64,000 nt of DNA. It comes from Schizochytrium sp. TIO01 (Eukaryota; Protista; Bigyra: Labyrinthulomycetes). Positions 32,701 through 44,548 of this stretch are shown here, in pieces (position 1 is the first letter of the stretch; every line of letters begins with the position of its first letter). The stretch is from positions 1,309,270 through 1,373,269 of the forward strand of contig SMSO01000007.1 in NCBI GenBank assembly GCA_004764695.1. Reading direction: 5' to 3'. The notes under the pieces are model-generated. The model made no database searches. It saw only the letters and a program-made list of their open reading frames with translations, and had not been told where the DNA came from. The position numbers and the translations under genes were made by a program.

Positions 32701-33459
32701 GGAGGATCTAGTGGTAGTTCTCTGAACTGTATGTATCGTTTAAAGCTTGCCAACGGCGAGGGTGTTTGGAGTCGAGTAGCGTGCAGTGGTATGCTGCCGT
32801 CAGCTCGGTTTTGCCATAGCTCCGTACTGATTGGGAAGACAATGTACACATATGGTGGTTATGATGGCTCAAATCGCTTGGAGGACTGGATCGAGTTTTC
32901 CTTTGGCGAGAATCGAGTCTCACATGTACCACGAAGCACCATCGTGAGCGACATGGCAAGTCTAGTAAACAACCCACGTTGTTCTGATGTAAGCTTTCGT
33001 GTGGAGGGTCGTCTAATTAAGGCTCATCGAATCATCTGCGTGCGTTGCGACTACTTTAAAGCCATGTTTGCTCGTGAGGGTGGATTTCGGGAGTCTCAGC
33101 AGGATGAGATTGTCATTCTAGATGTGCGTTATGACATCTTTTACATTTTGCTTCGCTACTTGTACACTGATCGACAGGAGGTTCCCCTGGATCTTGCAAT
33201 GGAGGTTTTTGTAGGTGCCGATCGTTTTGGAATTGAGCGGCTTAAGAGTATGTGCGAGAACAAGATGCTCGCTTCTGTGGACAGCGATAATGTTTCTGAG
33301 CTCTTTGCGGCTGCTGATCTCCACCACGCGACAGGATTGCATTCTCGTTGTCTGCGGTATATTGTACAACATTTCGATGCTGTTTCTAAAACTTCAGCAT
33401 TCGAGGAGATGGGACGCTCTAACATTGACCTAATCTTTACCATCCTTCAACATCGGTGA
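29728..33459 (+). CDS. LZTR1-like Kelch-BTB protein with the Kelch-propeller + BTB module duplicated in tandem, 1243 aa
   Basis: Two sets of about 6 Kelch repeats (R..H...FGGY.G...W), each followed by a BTB domain (SD..F..G..I.AHR; YLYTD) ending FDAVSKT.AFEEMGR.N..L.F. Confidence 0.92.
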   Translation: METFSAWSQDPPAPDENTSTSSADGDDAYSTNSSANPMEASLTEPGGAEDAYVFDELRRSLGPSTNTNSDTGSDSENANSNERLTMDMGSILGRRTLGQYLSEDTTGAETGDDADDDDELDDDDEEDGELVTSGKSLGGLGQGMGDGNMLFTGDQCWKQVKVNQYDGEIPSQRSLHTAVAYQQSMYIFGGYTGRERVNKLHRFDFLSSTWHALDDATGELPVARDRHTGVVVEDYMLIFGGYDGMLRCHDTHAYDFRNNRWLPIELDTALMPSPRHSHAACSFGKKMYVTCGYDGSYRNDLYEFRVKNLVERGVNDGESPDDTRPRLHGEWRKILAKGRFPQARYRATCCVHASQQSSPKIVLFGGHNGLVHLNCTHIFDIGTETWSSLRTTGSVPLPRDSHCAVMYGDNMLVFGGSCGQPLNDFSFLNMTTYEWKPVSGDSWTPSARFCASAVLHDGSFYLFGGYDSTERLRDIHRFNFAASLCAVGRSTLIDDFGASFKQDYLSDMVFEADGLVIPAHRVFCTRCSNILQDLESGPDSNGSEPEKEGRRLISTLQAQGAVRNQYKKDAKGRWIVELPKNLSLANIDAFLGYLYTDKIPLSSQTMALEIFALADHYAVKRLKKICLNYISTHLRVDTAAHIFQAADLHKMRELRERTLNFILRNFDAVSKTDAFEEMGRINVELVFEVLRNRGDEVHNATPEESPTGVAGSMDNLMSDNVSFTASMTTPPGSMTGISSETGASIAPYTERARQWVPVGIEDDTNSPGKRSLHAMAVHKDTILLFGGYNGRARVNDFFQFPLRTRRWEIVPVAPSSGPPPSARDRHAIMQLDDRLWVFGGYNGQSRVNELHAFNLRSHEWLEIPESSTTPSPRHSHSGCSVPSRHCFYIFGGYDGSYLNDLYEFDGNKLQWRLMEVKGGKPPSPRYRATLVSMGNYLVCAMGHDGYRHLSDLYTFNLSTQEWSQLSTSGPSPAPRDSHTACALSSTQMIIFGGSSGSSLNCMYRLKLANGEGVWSRVACSGMLPSARFCHSSVLIGKTMYTYGGYDGSNRLEDWIEFSFGENRVSHVPRSTIVSDMASLVNNPRCSDVSFRVEGRLIKAHRIICVRCDYFKAMFAREGGFRESQQDEIVILDVRYDIFYILLRYLYTDRQEVPLDLAMEVFVGADRFGIERLKSMCENKMLASVDSDNVSELFAAADLHHATGLHSRCLRYIVQHFDAVSKTSAFEEMGRSNIDLIFTILQHR

Positions 33460-34780
33460 TTTAAGTTCGTATCTAAACTGCTTATTATTGCCAATTTTGT
33501 CTTCTTCCTTTTTATCTTTTAAGATAAAAATAAAAATATTACTTCTTTCCCTTCTACTTTATATGCAGTGTCCATATCTTTCATATCCCACTTTTGCTAA
33601 ATTTGGATAGGAATATAGTATCTCCCTACTAGGTATGGCGTTCTCTTCAGGTTAGCCAGGAGGCGCTGAGAATGGCAGGCAACCTTGAAGTTCATTTAAT
33701 AAGAAAGAATACGGACACAAGCAGAAGGTTGCTCCATCTAAATACTTCGCTTGGGGGGCGGGGCTGGCGGGGGGGAGGATGCCCCCCAGCTTCGCAATTT
33801 CCCACGATGCTACTCTTGGTGCCATTGACTGCATCATGTTCAGATTCATCACCCCATGTCAGCAGCAGTTTCAAGCGTTTCCGCCAATCAGTGTCTTTCA
33901 CTTGTGCGATTGAATGTTCCCATGACGAAATAATAATCCACCAGCCAGCTATCTCACGCCTACAGCGCCTGGATGCAGCAGCACCCGCGCGAAGAGGATC
34001 AACGTGGGCCTTTTCACAAGCATATATCCTCAGCATCCCACTCGTATGAGGCCCAATGAGACATTTTCTAAGGTTTTTTCTTTCCAATCCTCGAACCAGA
34101 AGTCAGCTGCAGTTCTGCAATTCCTGTGCTGAAGGAGCCTTGGTATCGCCCGACGCCCCATGGCCCTGGCCTCGTGAACATTATCACCCTCTCCATGCTT
34201 CCCTATTCATCCCGCCACACCACATCACATCCTAACTCCATCATCATCTTCATTGCACATTCGTGACATCCCCAATTCTGAACTATCCGTTGCGCTGTCT
34301 CCAATTTCGTGTTCTACAGGCGGTCCTACACGCACCTACCCATTACTCCTAGGGTTCCGCGCCATCAGCTTTCTTGCTTGCCACTTTCTGACATTTTGCA
34401 CCGTTCCTGCTTTCCCCTCCCGCACATACTCGCCTCTTCTTCCTCTGCCGCCGTCTGCGTTTGTGCGAGTGCCTCTCTGGGCCGCACCACGAGCCCGACC
34501 GGCCATCCATCACCCCTTCCTTCATCCATCCGCTCGCCCTTCACCCGCTTCTCATCTCTTCTCCCCTCCCCTGCTCTCCTCTCCTCGCTTCTCGTGCTGG
34601 TCGTAACGAACACCTCGGCCTCCTCGACCCGGAGGGCCTGTTGCGTCGAGTTCCTTTCCCCAAGTCCCCGAGCTCTCGCTTGCTCAGGCGTCTCGCTTGC
34701 TCGGGCGTCTCGCTTGCTCAGCCAGGAGTCAGCATCTCGACGTTGGACGGAGCTTTCTTGCGGCCAAAAGCGCCTCCCGT

Positions 34781-34849
34781 GCTTGCTTGCTTGCTTGCTT
34801 TTACTTGCTTGCTTGCTTGCTTGCTTGCTTTTACTTGCTTGCTTGCTTG
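34781..34849. repeat. Interrupted (GCTT)n microsatellite
   Basis: Read directly; accounts for the spurious LLACLL/KQAS ORFs here. Confidence 0.9.
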
Positions 34850-35019
34850 GCGCTCTCGGGAACTTGCCGAGCCCGCAAGTTCCGAGGCGGAGAAATTCGT
34901 GCCTGAGTGCTCGAGTGGGTGGGTGGGTGGGTTCCCGAAGGGCCCTCCTGGCGGCGACTAGACGAGCTAGACCCATCGCTGCTTTCTGTGCAGTAAGGCA
35001 GGAGGCAGGAGGAAGGAAG

Positions 35020-35395
35020 GGGTCACTGCGATGGTCGCGATCGGGTTCGCCGCCATCGGCGCGTCAAGCTCGTCGATGAACCAGCCTGCTGCGCTTTCTT
35101 TATTGAGCTTGTTGAGAATGAGCATGGAGGAATGAATGCGTGGGTCGAACGATGCGCAGGCACTGCTCTGCTCGCTTGGTTACTTGATGAGCTTGACGAT
35201 CCGCTGACCGCACAGCTCGCGCTCTTCATTCTGCCGAGATGCCGAGATGCCGAGCCGCCGCCAGCGAATGAAAAGCTCTGCGCAGAATGAATTCTCCGCG
35301 GCGTCTGTTCCGAAGGTGCAGCAGCAGTGCTGCTGACCAAGCAGGCAGCGCTTGGTGCAGTTCTCGAGGTTTCCTGACGACAGCGCGTCGAACAT
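35020..35395 (-). pseudogene. Possible decayed GC-rich coding fragment, unidentified
   Basis: Frame MFDALSSGNLENC...RIVKLIK*...MLILNKLNKESAAGWFIDELDAP has GC3-biased codons (ATC GTC AAG CTC ATC AAG; TTC ATC GAC GAG) and an in-frame TAA at 35180-35182. Confidence 0.3.
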
Positions 35396-36136
35396 GTCGC
35401 CGGGCGCCGTTGGCGACTCCGCCTCTAGTGGCCAGCGGCGGCTAAGAGCCTCCCGGGAGCGCCAGCCCGCTGCTCTCGACCACGGCTCACAAGTCCCGCA
35501 AGCGAGCAAGCGAGCAAGCAAGCAAGTCTTAGAATCTGTAAAAACCTGTAAAAACCTGTAAGAATCTCGAAATTTGTAGAAGCCCTTGAAGTAAACCTAT
35601 GAACCTGCTACCATCGCGGCGTGCTCTCTCTAGTAGGTGGCTGGATAATTTGCGGAAAGGTAGCAGACCTCCAGGAAACTGACACCCCCTGTGTACTTGT
35701 AGTGCACAGCACGTATGAGAGGCAGCGGGGGGATCATTGAGAGAACTAGAGCACGAGAGTCGATCTGGAGCTGGCTGCTGGTATTAGGAGAAAGCAGGCA
35801 CGCTCAACGTAGGGACCACGTATATATGTACCCGGAATTTAACTTTGGGAAAGATCGCTCCTGAGCCGGTGATTCGGTAAACTGTGAATTAGCCTCGATC
35901 ACCATCGGACTGAATTCTCTGGAAGAAAGCTGTCGCAGAGTGTGTGACTGAGTGGCTGATTGGTTGATTTAGCGGTTAATTGATGACCTGAGCAATAGAA
36001 GTAGTGAAAACCTGAATCAGGCAAACCTGGAACTGGTGCAGACTAATCAGGGCAAAGGTAACCTTGGAAAGAGAGGTATTGGTCGCGTTGTTGCATAATC
36101 CAGTACTTGTTCGTAGACATCTAAAGGTTTGCAAAC

Positions 36137-37531
36137 ATGCTGAACGATGGCGCGGATCGCGCGATGCTGCGGAACTCTGGCAGTGCAGATGAGGATGACC
36201 TCGAATCGCGCAACTATGGCGCTGGCGACGTAAGTTGTGAGAAAAACGCACTGGGAGGTGATGCAGGACTCGAAAATAGGGCGTCAACCTTCGACGCCAC
36301 CATGGAGGATGGTGATTTGACAGAGACGCCTCGCGACATCTACAAGGTTGGTCCGAATGAAACAGGGGCAACTGTTCAAGCTGCGCCTCCAATCCACCTA
36401 CACAAGCCTTCTGTCACAGACTGGGTCAAAATCATCCTAATGAGCGCCGTGATGGGTATTGTTTTTGGAATCGCATTTTCGCGCTCGCGTGTTTTTGAGC
36501 CAATGGTCATTCGAGGGCAATTCATTTTTGCAAATTTTATCATGCTCAAAATGTTCCTCGCTGCCGTAGGTACTTCCGCTCTTTGCTTCCTCATTATCTC
36601 TTTGACTCCATTTAAAGCACGTCTTGAGCGAACACGGCGCAAGCGCGTTACTTCTCGTGGAATTCGCACTACAATCCTTGGAGCCTTCATTCTTGGTATT
36701 GGGTTGGCCATTTCTGCCGCTTGCCCCGGAATGGTGCTGGCGCAGGTTGGAGCAGGCACGAGCCACAGTGGCTACACTCTTCTGGGCGGTATCCTTGGAG
36801 CCCTTCTTTTCCAATGGACAGACCCAATTATCAAACCAATCACCGACAAGTACGGCGGTGGCAAGATGTCTGAGGAATATCTGGACACTTATATTGGTAT
36901 GAATTCATCTGTGGCGTTTGCAGGGCTCTTTATCATGATGACTGCTGCTGTCGTTCTCTTTGAAGTCTTTCTCCCATGGCAAAATGACCTGACTTTCCCA
37001 CTGGCTGATACTTGCAGCACAGATAACGTCAACGATTGCTATGCCTGGCCCCCGTCTCTGGGAGGTGTTCTGATTGGTCTTTTGCAACTGCCTGTTTTTT
37101 GGGTGATGGGTGGTGTCCTCGGGTCATCCACAAGCTATGTTGCAGTCTGTAGTGCATGGTGGTTCTTCCTGCCCAAGGACTACAGACATCTTTTCGAATA
37201 CGCAAAGAGGTTTGCGCACCCCCAGATTGATACTCATTGGCAGCTTATCTTCGTTGTTTTTTCTATTCTTGGTGCTCTTATCTCAGAATCTGCGTCTGGC
37301 ATGTTAGGAAAAGTACATGGAGTAAGCATTGGATATTCTCTGGTTGGTGGAATTCTGCTCGTCTTTGGTGCCCGCATGGCGGGTGGCTGTACTAGTGGAC
37401 ACGGTGTTTCCGGAATGGCACTCCTCTCGATGCATAGCATTGCGGCTACTGCATCAATGTTTGCAGGAGGCATTGCAACCGGATTCATTATTCAGTATGG
37501 TATCGATGACAGCTTTTACACGGGTGCTTGA
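36137..37531 (+). CDS. YeeE/YedE (thiosulfate transporter TsuA-like) sulfur-transport family protein, paralogue 1
   Basis: About 9 TM helices; GAFILGIGLAISAACPG, LGSSTSY and FGARMAGGCTSGHGVSG motifs. Confidence 0.92.
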   Translation: MLNDGADRAMLRNSGSADEDDLESRNYGAGDVSCEKNALGGDAGLENRASTFDATMEDGDLTETPRDIYKVGPNETGATVQAAPPIHLHKPSVTDWVKIILMSAVMGIVFGIAFSRSRVFEPMVIRGQFIFANFIMLKMFLAAVGTSALCFLIISLTPFKARLERTRRKRVTSRGIRTTILGAFILGIGLAISAACPGMVLAQVGAGTSHSGYTLLGGILGALLFQWTDPIIKPITDKYGGGKMSEEYLDTYIGMNSSVAFAGLFIMMTAAVVLFEVFLPWQNDLTFPLADTCSTDNVNDCYAWPPSLGGVLIGLLQLPVFWVMGGVLGSSTSYVAVCSAWWFFLPKDYRHLFEYAKRFAHPQIDTHWQLIFVVFSILGALISESASGMLGKVHGVSIGYSLVGGILLVFGARMAGGCTSGHGVSGMALLSMHSIAATASMFAGGIATGFIIQYGIDDSFYTGA

Positions 37532-40500
37532 TGTGTCGCTGCCAATTCTATAGTACACTACTAAACATTGAGAAACCGTAAAGCAAAATATGAGTGTCAG
37601 TCATCAAAACTAATGTTTTATAGGAGTCCCAAGATGATTCTACAATCATAGATCTGGCAACATGTTAAAAGAAATGAAATCTGAGCAATTCTTCACGATT
37701 TGATAATCATGTTATTAAAAAAACAAATTAAACTGAATGTTTAGTTTTTATTAGCTTTTGTTTTGCTTTCCGGGGTATTAGGGTATTCATTATCTGCAAT
37801 TGCACGTACGATGTAAAACTCTGCACGTGGCTGGCATCAGTGAGGTGACTTGTGTTCATTTTAATCGCCTCTTTTTTCTAAAAGATAGATATAGATGCTT
37901 ACTCGACCCAGATACTTGTTAAGTTTTCAACAACCTTTGATCAAAATAAGCTACTACTTCTGCTATACTTTTACGAACGAAGATGTTGGTGATTGATTCC
38001 CTAGCAAAGGGTTATAACTATCATTCATATTTGAACCTGTTAAATGCTTTTTCAGGCCTGTGTTCTTAAAAAAAAAAAAAACAGAAACCAAAAACAGAAA
38101 CCAAAAACAGAACGATAGTGCCTAGGTAGGTATATATATACCTCTGTGCTGAAGAAATTCATCAATTCAGAAATATTAAAAAAATGCAAAATCTAGATAA
38201 TAGAATTTCTTCTCTAGGTACCTACTTATACTCTTCGCCATCTCAGCCATTCCTCTCTGCTTTGATGCGACACTTTAGTGTCGTGAACTCATTTGTTTGA
38301 AGCTTGTTAGTTTACAAGAGAAATCATTTGTGTTTTTCCTCTTTGATAAAAAAAACAATAGCCTATCGGTCAAAGGAGTACGTTAAGCATGTAGTTTGGC
38401 TAAACCAACGAGGCTTGAGATCTTTTCACAATGATGACAAAGCAAACCCAGACTATGCTAACTTCATTTGATTGAAGATTCAATATCGGAACCGGCTATA
38501 GGGGAAGTGGGCTGACAGAAGATTACCACCACCCGCGCGCTTTGGCTTAACATTTCATAATGATCAATGATTGAAGCTGAAAATATAAGGGGCCTAGTTC
38601 CTACATTGTAGCCCCAGTTTGCAATTGTCGTCAATGCAACCCTTGTTTTTAGTACGAGACTTTCAAAGCACAAGTGGTATGGCCACTGATGCGTCCGTCC
38701 CGAGCTTGCCTTCTTTTTTACATTTTCTTTTAATTAAAAATTAATACAGAAAAACTTATCCTGCACTCTGACTAGTCACAAGGAATAACTTGAAGCTAAA
38801 ATCTTTGAGCTTGCGTTAAAAACTCAAGCCAGAACTAGTACTGCTCATGGCTCTTTTTACCAATTAGGTACCTGTTGTTGGACTCCTAGCCAGGCAGCTA
38901 GGTAGTATTAACTTAATGTATGAGAGAGTGTGTACTCTTGAAAATGGTAGGTGCGAAGAAGTTTTTAGACATTCCGACATGTTGAAGTCATGATTGTAGA
39001 AAACAACAACATTAAAAAAAACACACACAAAAAGCAAGAGAGAATCACAGAACAAAAATAAACTTCTTTTGCATGCCTGCTTCTCTTCATTTCGCTATGT
39101 TGCTTTTGCATTTTGTTTGTCGATGGATCTTATTTGATTGATTGAAGACCAGGGTATAATGGCGAAACCCTACTCTCGACATGTAAGTGTTTGCATGCGC
39201 GATCAGTGGGGTTTCACGTTAATTGGCTCGCAGAGTCGAGCGCCTTCGCTCATGTTACAGCTCAAAGTTAGCCTGTATATATGCACGTATGTATGCTCGC
39301 GTCCAGGCCAGCAGAGCAACTACTACCTACAAGGTTAATTCGCTGGCTTTGAGTCATCGTGGTGCTTCTTTTTAATTCACGCTGCCCTTCATGCCAGCCC
39401 AACTGAAGTTGATGTAAAGCCTAAACAGCCTTTATATCAGTAACGGGTGATTAAGCTACAAGAGCTTAACCTATTACTTCTGACTCATGACAGTGCCTTT
39501 ACTTGAGCAATCGCTGAGAACCCGCAGTCAAGCTGTCAGCCTGAGCATTGGCAAGCCTCCTCCCGAGAGCGAGCGAGCAGTCCTCCTGAGTGTGCGAGGG
39601 CCTCTGACGGTCAGAACCAATCAACTTTGGTCACTTGCCGGTTTTTCTTGAGGAATTAATATTATAATTCGCGCATGCATGCATTCATTGCATGCGTCAT
39701 GGGTGCCTATCCCTCCATCTATTTTCACCAACCATTAAGTCTTCAAGTTGTTCGAGTATTATTACAAAAAGATCAAGAATCCGTGACACGAAAACTCAAG
39801 AGGTAGGATTTTCCCATCTGTATACCTAAAGTTGAGCGAGCAAAATGGCCAAAATTGGAGCCATGCCACCCCAAACTCATTGACACTGATGAAGAAGTCC
39901 ATCGCAGTCCAGGAAAGTAATCTTTGCAGCTAATTACCAACTCTGGCCTTCACCAGCAGCCGACTATGTCGTCCAGGTCTGCAGCACCTTCAGGTTGGTC
40001 TTGGTCTAAAGCTCGGGCTGCCGCAATCGTAACATTTGTGCTTGTTGCGACAATGCGCAGCCATTATCACTCGCTCGCTCTCGGGGCACACACACATTAA
40101 TTGTCCTTAAATTGAAAGTGTCTTTTGTCCCCGCAGAATTAACTTCGAGTGGCGACAGCGTCGATCAAGAAGAACTTGGGCTCCAATTACGCATTACTTG
40201 TCTTTGTGGCGCTGCTATCAACTGTTTGAGGACCTGCCTATTTATAAACTTGAACGGCAAGTTCCCTCTTTCAAGCCCTTATGGAAGGGTGCGCAGGAAG
40301 CGAACAAAGACAATCGAGACGAGTCGAGAATTAGCCACCGCAAGCTCTTTTGTATGGAGCTCTCAAACGCAGCTTCAGCGTAGTTATTTCCTCGCCAGGT
40401 GCCCAGTTGAAGGCAGCGGGCGTCTGCTGTCGGCCGATCGTTTGCTCATCGCCATCCATGCGTGATATCTTCTTTCGCCTCATTCAAGATATCTTCAGTT

Positions 40501-40762
40501 TATAATTGGTTGGTTGGTTCAACTTGAGCAGCAACGACTGACTGAAAGAATGGAGTGCTTACCCGAGTTCCACATTGATAACCTTAGGTCCGCCGCCTTT
40601 TAATGCTCAGCTACACAACAAACGTACTTTCATAACCAGAAATTCCGAGGCCATGATGATGATTGATGTACCTGACTGCAGGCTGCTCCTGCTCGGCTAC
40701 CGCAACTTCTTCTCACGCCGCGATCGTTATGGTGTGCCGATAATAAACAACAGCAGAACTTG

Positions 40763-40793
40763 ACAAAGAAACAAAGAAACAAAGAAACAAAGA

Positions 40794-40831
<38 letters not shown>

Positions 40832-40960
40832 CAAACAAACAAAGAAAGAAACAATCAATCAATCAAACAAACAAAGAAACAAACAATCAAACAAACAAAC
40901 AAAGAAACAATCAATCAATCAAAGAAACAAAGAAACAATCAATCAAGCAAGCAAACAAGC
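40763..40960. repeat. Compound tetranucleotide microsatellite (AAAC/AAAG/AATC), ~200 nt
   Basis: Read directly. Confidence 0.92.
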
Positions 40961-42748
40961 AAAGTTTTTACAAAATCAAAAACCCAGCTGTGAATGCAAT
41001 GGTCGCGGATGATTTCATGTTCTGCTGTTGCTATTGATACCGGACGAACGACAATCCTCATGAGCGAGTCCAAAGAATCCGTTGCTACGTGCCGGTCAAC
41101 TTGCCGACTATTCCACTATACACCCTCATACGGCCTCGAGCCACTCAACCCCATGGAGCGAACTGTGCATGAGGAGCGGTCCCGGGTGCTGTATACGACT
41201 TTTAAGCTGCGGGGGAACCCGCACTTTCAGTTTTTGGGTTATTGAAAGACAGGAGAAGCTAGTTTTCGAAGTTTTCAAGAACTCGAAAGAACTTGAAGGG
41301 CAGTAACGAGCAGTCGTTTGCAAGGAGGCGTGGCTCCGGACTGCCGTGGCTAGCACAGCCAAGCTCCGCGGCGCTGCAAGCGGTCAACAGGTCTGGCACG
41401 CAAGGGGAAAACTCCGCCGGTGCTTGCTCCGGAGACCTTTTCCACAGATAATTTTAAGGGTTGGATGACCAAAATGGATCGAGTTTTCCTCCTCTGTGTT
41501 TCACAATTTTTAAAGTTGCTTCGCTTTGCTTTGCTTATTTATAAACCTCTGCAAAAATCGAAGGGAAAACCCGCGACAAAATACTCTCAGAACACAGACC
41601 AGCGATCAGCGCTGCTTCTCCTGGTCGCTCAAACCGTCCGTCAGTCGCCACGAAGCAGACATTTGCAGAGATAGTGTCGGTATTAGCTTTGGTTGGTGCA
41701 GAGCGCCAGAAATCCAAGACCGATCTTCAGCCGAATAGTAGTTACCAAACTTGTGCAAAACTTTTTCTTTTCAAAATAAAAGGTGTGGAACTTGCTACAA
41801 ACTTAGTGAGATCTTGGCTCTTTCTCACCCTCTGGTCATGGCAAGCCAGCATGCCTGCCTGTACGTCGGTCTGTAGGTCTGTCTGTATGCCTGCACCACC
41901 ATGGCCATTGCAGTGTCGGCAGTGGCTCCGGCCCAAGCTTCGGGTTTCCATGCAGAACTCGCGAGTTAGCATTCCATGTGCACGTGTAACCCACTAGAGA
42001 GTGTTTTATTCGTGCTATCCATATCTCTCTGCCTAGTAGTTTTATTTTAATGGAAAGTAAGTAATTTATTTTTAATTAAAGTATTCATTTTTATTCGAAG
42101 AGAAAAAGAGGAAAAGAAAAAAAAGAGAGTAAAAATGAAAATAGTATTTATCAGCAGTATACAATATTTCGAGTTCAAGCAAAATGCATTCTCTAGCTGT
42201 GAGAGCTACGGAATTTAGCAGCAGAAACCTAGACAATGCCAGCGGGAACTGCGCTCACCCGGTGCTATTTGATATTTATCTGCCGTTTTGGTGCCTGGTG
42301 AGGCTTCTGACTTGTGCTGATTAGGTCGTCACTTCGACCAAACTCAGGTACTCAGCTAGGATCCCTCACTTACTGGTGTTCATTTTATTTCCATTCTTCT
42401 GTAGTATGTTCTTTAATGAAAAGCTTTTCCCCTTTTTGGTTTTTTAGTTTATAGCATCATATGCATGTAATAAACTTCAACTTGGCCATGCGTGAGTTTT
42501 CTGTTTCTTTCCTTTCTTATAATTATTTGGTATGTATTTGGTACTGACACGTGGGGTTCTTCTTCTTCTTCTTCTTCTTCTATTTTCGTCTTCGTATGCA
42601 TGTCACCGATTGGCTTGGGTGAATTGCTTTCTTGATCACTTTCCTGTATTTCTCCAACTTCGCAAAATGCAGAACGCACTCAGCTCAATGCAATGCGATC
42701 TGACTGATTGATACACAGGTAGACGGTTTTGCGTTAAGGTCTTTGCAA

Positions 42749-42811
42749 TCTTCGAGGTCTTCGAGGTCTTTGAGGTCTTCGAGGTCTTTGAGGTCTTCGA
42801 GGTCTTTGAGC
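42749..42811. repeat. 9-nt tandem repeat TCTTYGAGG, 7 copies
   Basis: Read directly; reads KDLEDLKDLEDL on the minus strand. Confidence 0.88.
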
Positions 42812-43197
42812 TTTCGTTGTGTTGTGCACGACTTACTTGCCACAGTGGCGGTGCCCTGGAAGAAACACACTGCTATAGTTTACCATAGGTGAGGGCCAGT
42901 GGGTTACGGGGTCTCCGAAGGACTGAGCCGAAGAACTAACTTTTAACTTTTATGCTCAGCTCAAAGTCTCTTATTGATTGAAGATGGATCCTTTCCTTCT
43001 TCATCTTTGAGTTTCTCGCGCTCACGTTGGTCGGGTTATCTCAAAATGAAATTTGTCTCTAAGTAGCAGGCAGGCAGTAAACCCTTTTCTGCAGCACAGT
43101 CCAAGATGGCCTGGTAGATGTTACAGCAGATGTTTGACATTGCTTTACACTTATCAGGCTTCTTTTTCATCTATTCATGATTTTTATTTAAATCTCC

Positions 43198-43199
43198 AT

Positions 43200-43245
<46 letters not shown>
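43198..43245. repeat. (ATTT)n microsatellite
   Basis: About 12 copies read directly. Confidence 0.9.
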
Positions 43246-43247
<2 letters not shown>

Positions 43248-44548
43248 TTATTACTTTACTTGTTTTATTTTTAACTTTACATTTACAAACGATAGTAAAA
43301 TAAGTGAACGATTGGCTTTTTTTCCTCTCTCCCGTTGAAGACAAAACGTCCTTCTCGCGTACCGCTCCTTCCCGCAAGAGGGTCGCTATCACCTTGACAT
43401 CATCGACTCTCTCAGAGTTACTGTCTCCAGGCTCAGTCTCTTGTACATTTTCGTTTGCCAAACCCACGCATCGAGAGAAGAACTCGAGCAAAGTGCTTAC
43501 AAAAGAAGCAAAGGCAAGGGAACAGAAAATCAATTTCCATTTCCTGGTATCCTATTTTTTTTTAATTTGATTTTTTTTTTAAATTGTTTTTTGTGGATAG
43601 TTGTTTTTGGAAAGGAAAATGTGGTAATTGATTTTTGTTCTCTCCAAGTTCCTCCTTGAAGCACGTGGACCAACACGAGGCATACAAACTCGTGTAAACG
43701 CAACGAAACAAAGTATTACAAACTTATTCTGCAGTCGAAATCAAGTGCGGTCGTGTCCGAGGATCTTTAAAACCCCTCGAGAGCACGCAAAGGCCACTTG
43801 ATCTCCAAGCTCCAAAGCACCAGGTATTGAAGGCGTCACGTCGTCGCTACTCCACTCTTTAAGTTCAACTTGGTGCACTGACCGATCAACGTAAGTCGAG
43901 ACAGTGCAGACCAATCCAGGCTTCCTGCGCACTATAACATCTGCACACGAAGGCAGCTTCGTCAAGTTGTTTGTTTATACGACGTGCAATTCAACAGGGT
44001 ACTTAGCTACGTGGCCCAGGTTGATATAGAAAAAGCCTGGGTCTGGAGAAGTTTGTTCTTCAACTGACTGTGCTTTTTGGTTGATTGAATACGTGCATGT
44101 GCAAGTGCCGTGTAGCAGTAGCTATCACAGAGATAAGGTCCATCGCAGCAGCGAAGACATCGTGACAAAAGAACAGCAGAGCAGTACTACCTACAGGTAG
44201 GAAGGTAGGTAGCAACCAGGTAATGCGGTAAGCACGTAAAACACTTTCGTTTAGAGAATTAGAATTACACTAAGTTTGGAGGGTACTCGTGGTGAAGGGC
44301 TCAGCAAAACTCCATCTCCGATAAGGGTCAGGAAGTTGGACGAGCTTCAAGAGGAGTCGTGGCGGCGTGCTTGACCGTTTGAGAGGGAAGGGTGAAAACA
44401 AGCAAAGCTTGTTTGCAGCGAGGAAAGTCTCTAAGGACCTGTAGTGACGGTGAAGAAGACCTGTTGACAGCGGAGGGATTCTGTCTTTGTAAGACCTTAC
44501 GGAAGAGGCAGAGGATCGAGAAGTACTTAAACAAGCATAATTGCAAGA

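Noticed and set aside
34253-35079. Long overlapping ORFs (256, 203 and 166 aa)
   Set aside because: Products of high GC and the (GCTT)n microsatellite.
40760-40993. 77-aa K/Q/N-rich ORF; array considered as CRISPR-like or telomeric
   Set aside because: Plain compound tetranucleotide microsatellite with no spacers and no TTAGGG-type array.
42600-42870. In-frame TGA at 42687-42685 considered as selenocysteine, given nearby YeeE/YedE genes
   Set aside because: No redox motif context, the downstream frame closes within about 35 codons, and no SECIS was recognised.
44177-44212. CTACCTAC...GTAGGTAG inverted repeat and a similar motif near 39310
   Set aside because: CTAC/TAGG low-complexity words recur throughout the intergenic DNA (38120, 38215, 47150, 51525), so a specific regulatory role cannot be supported.
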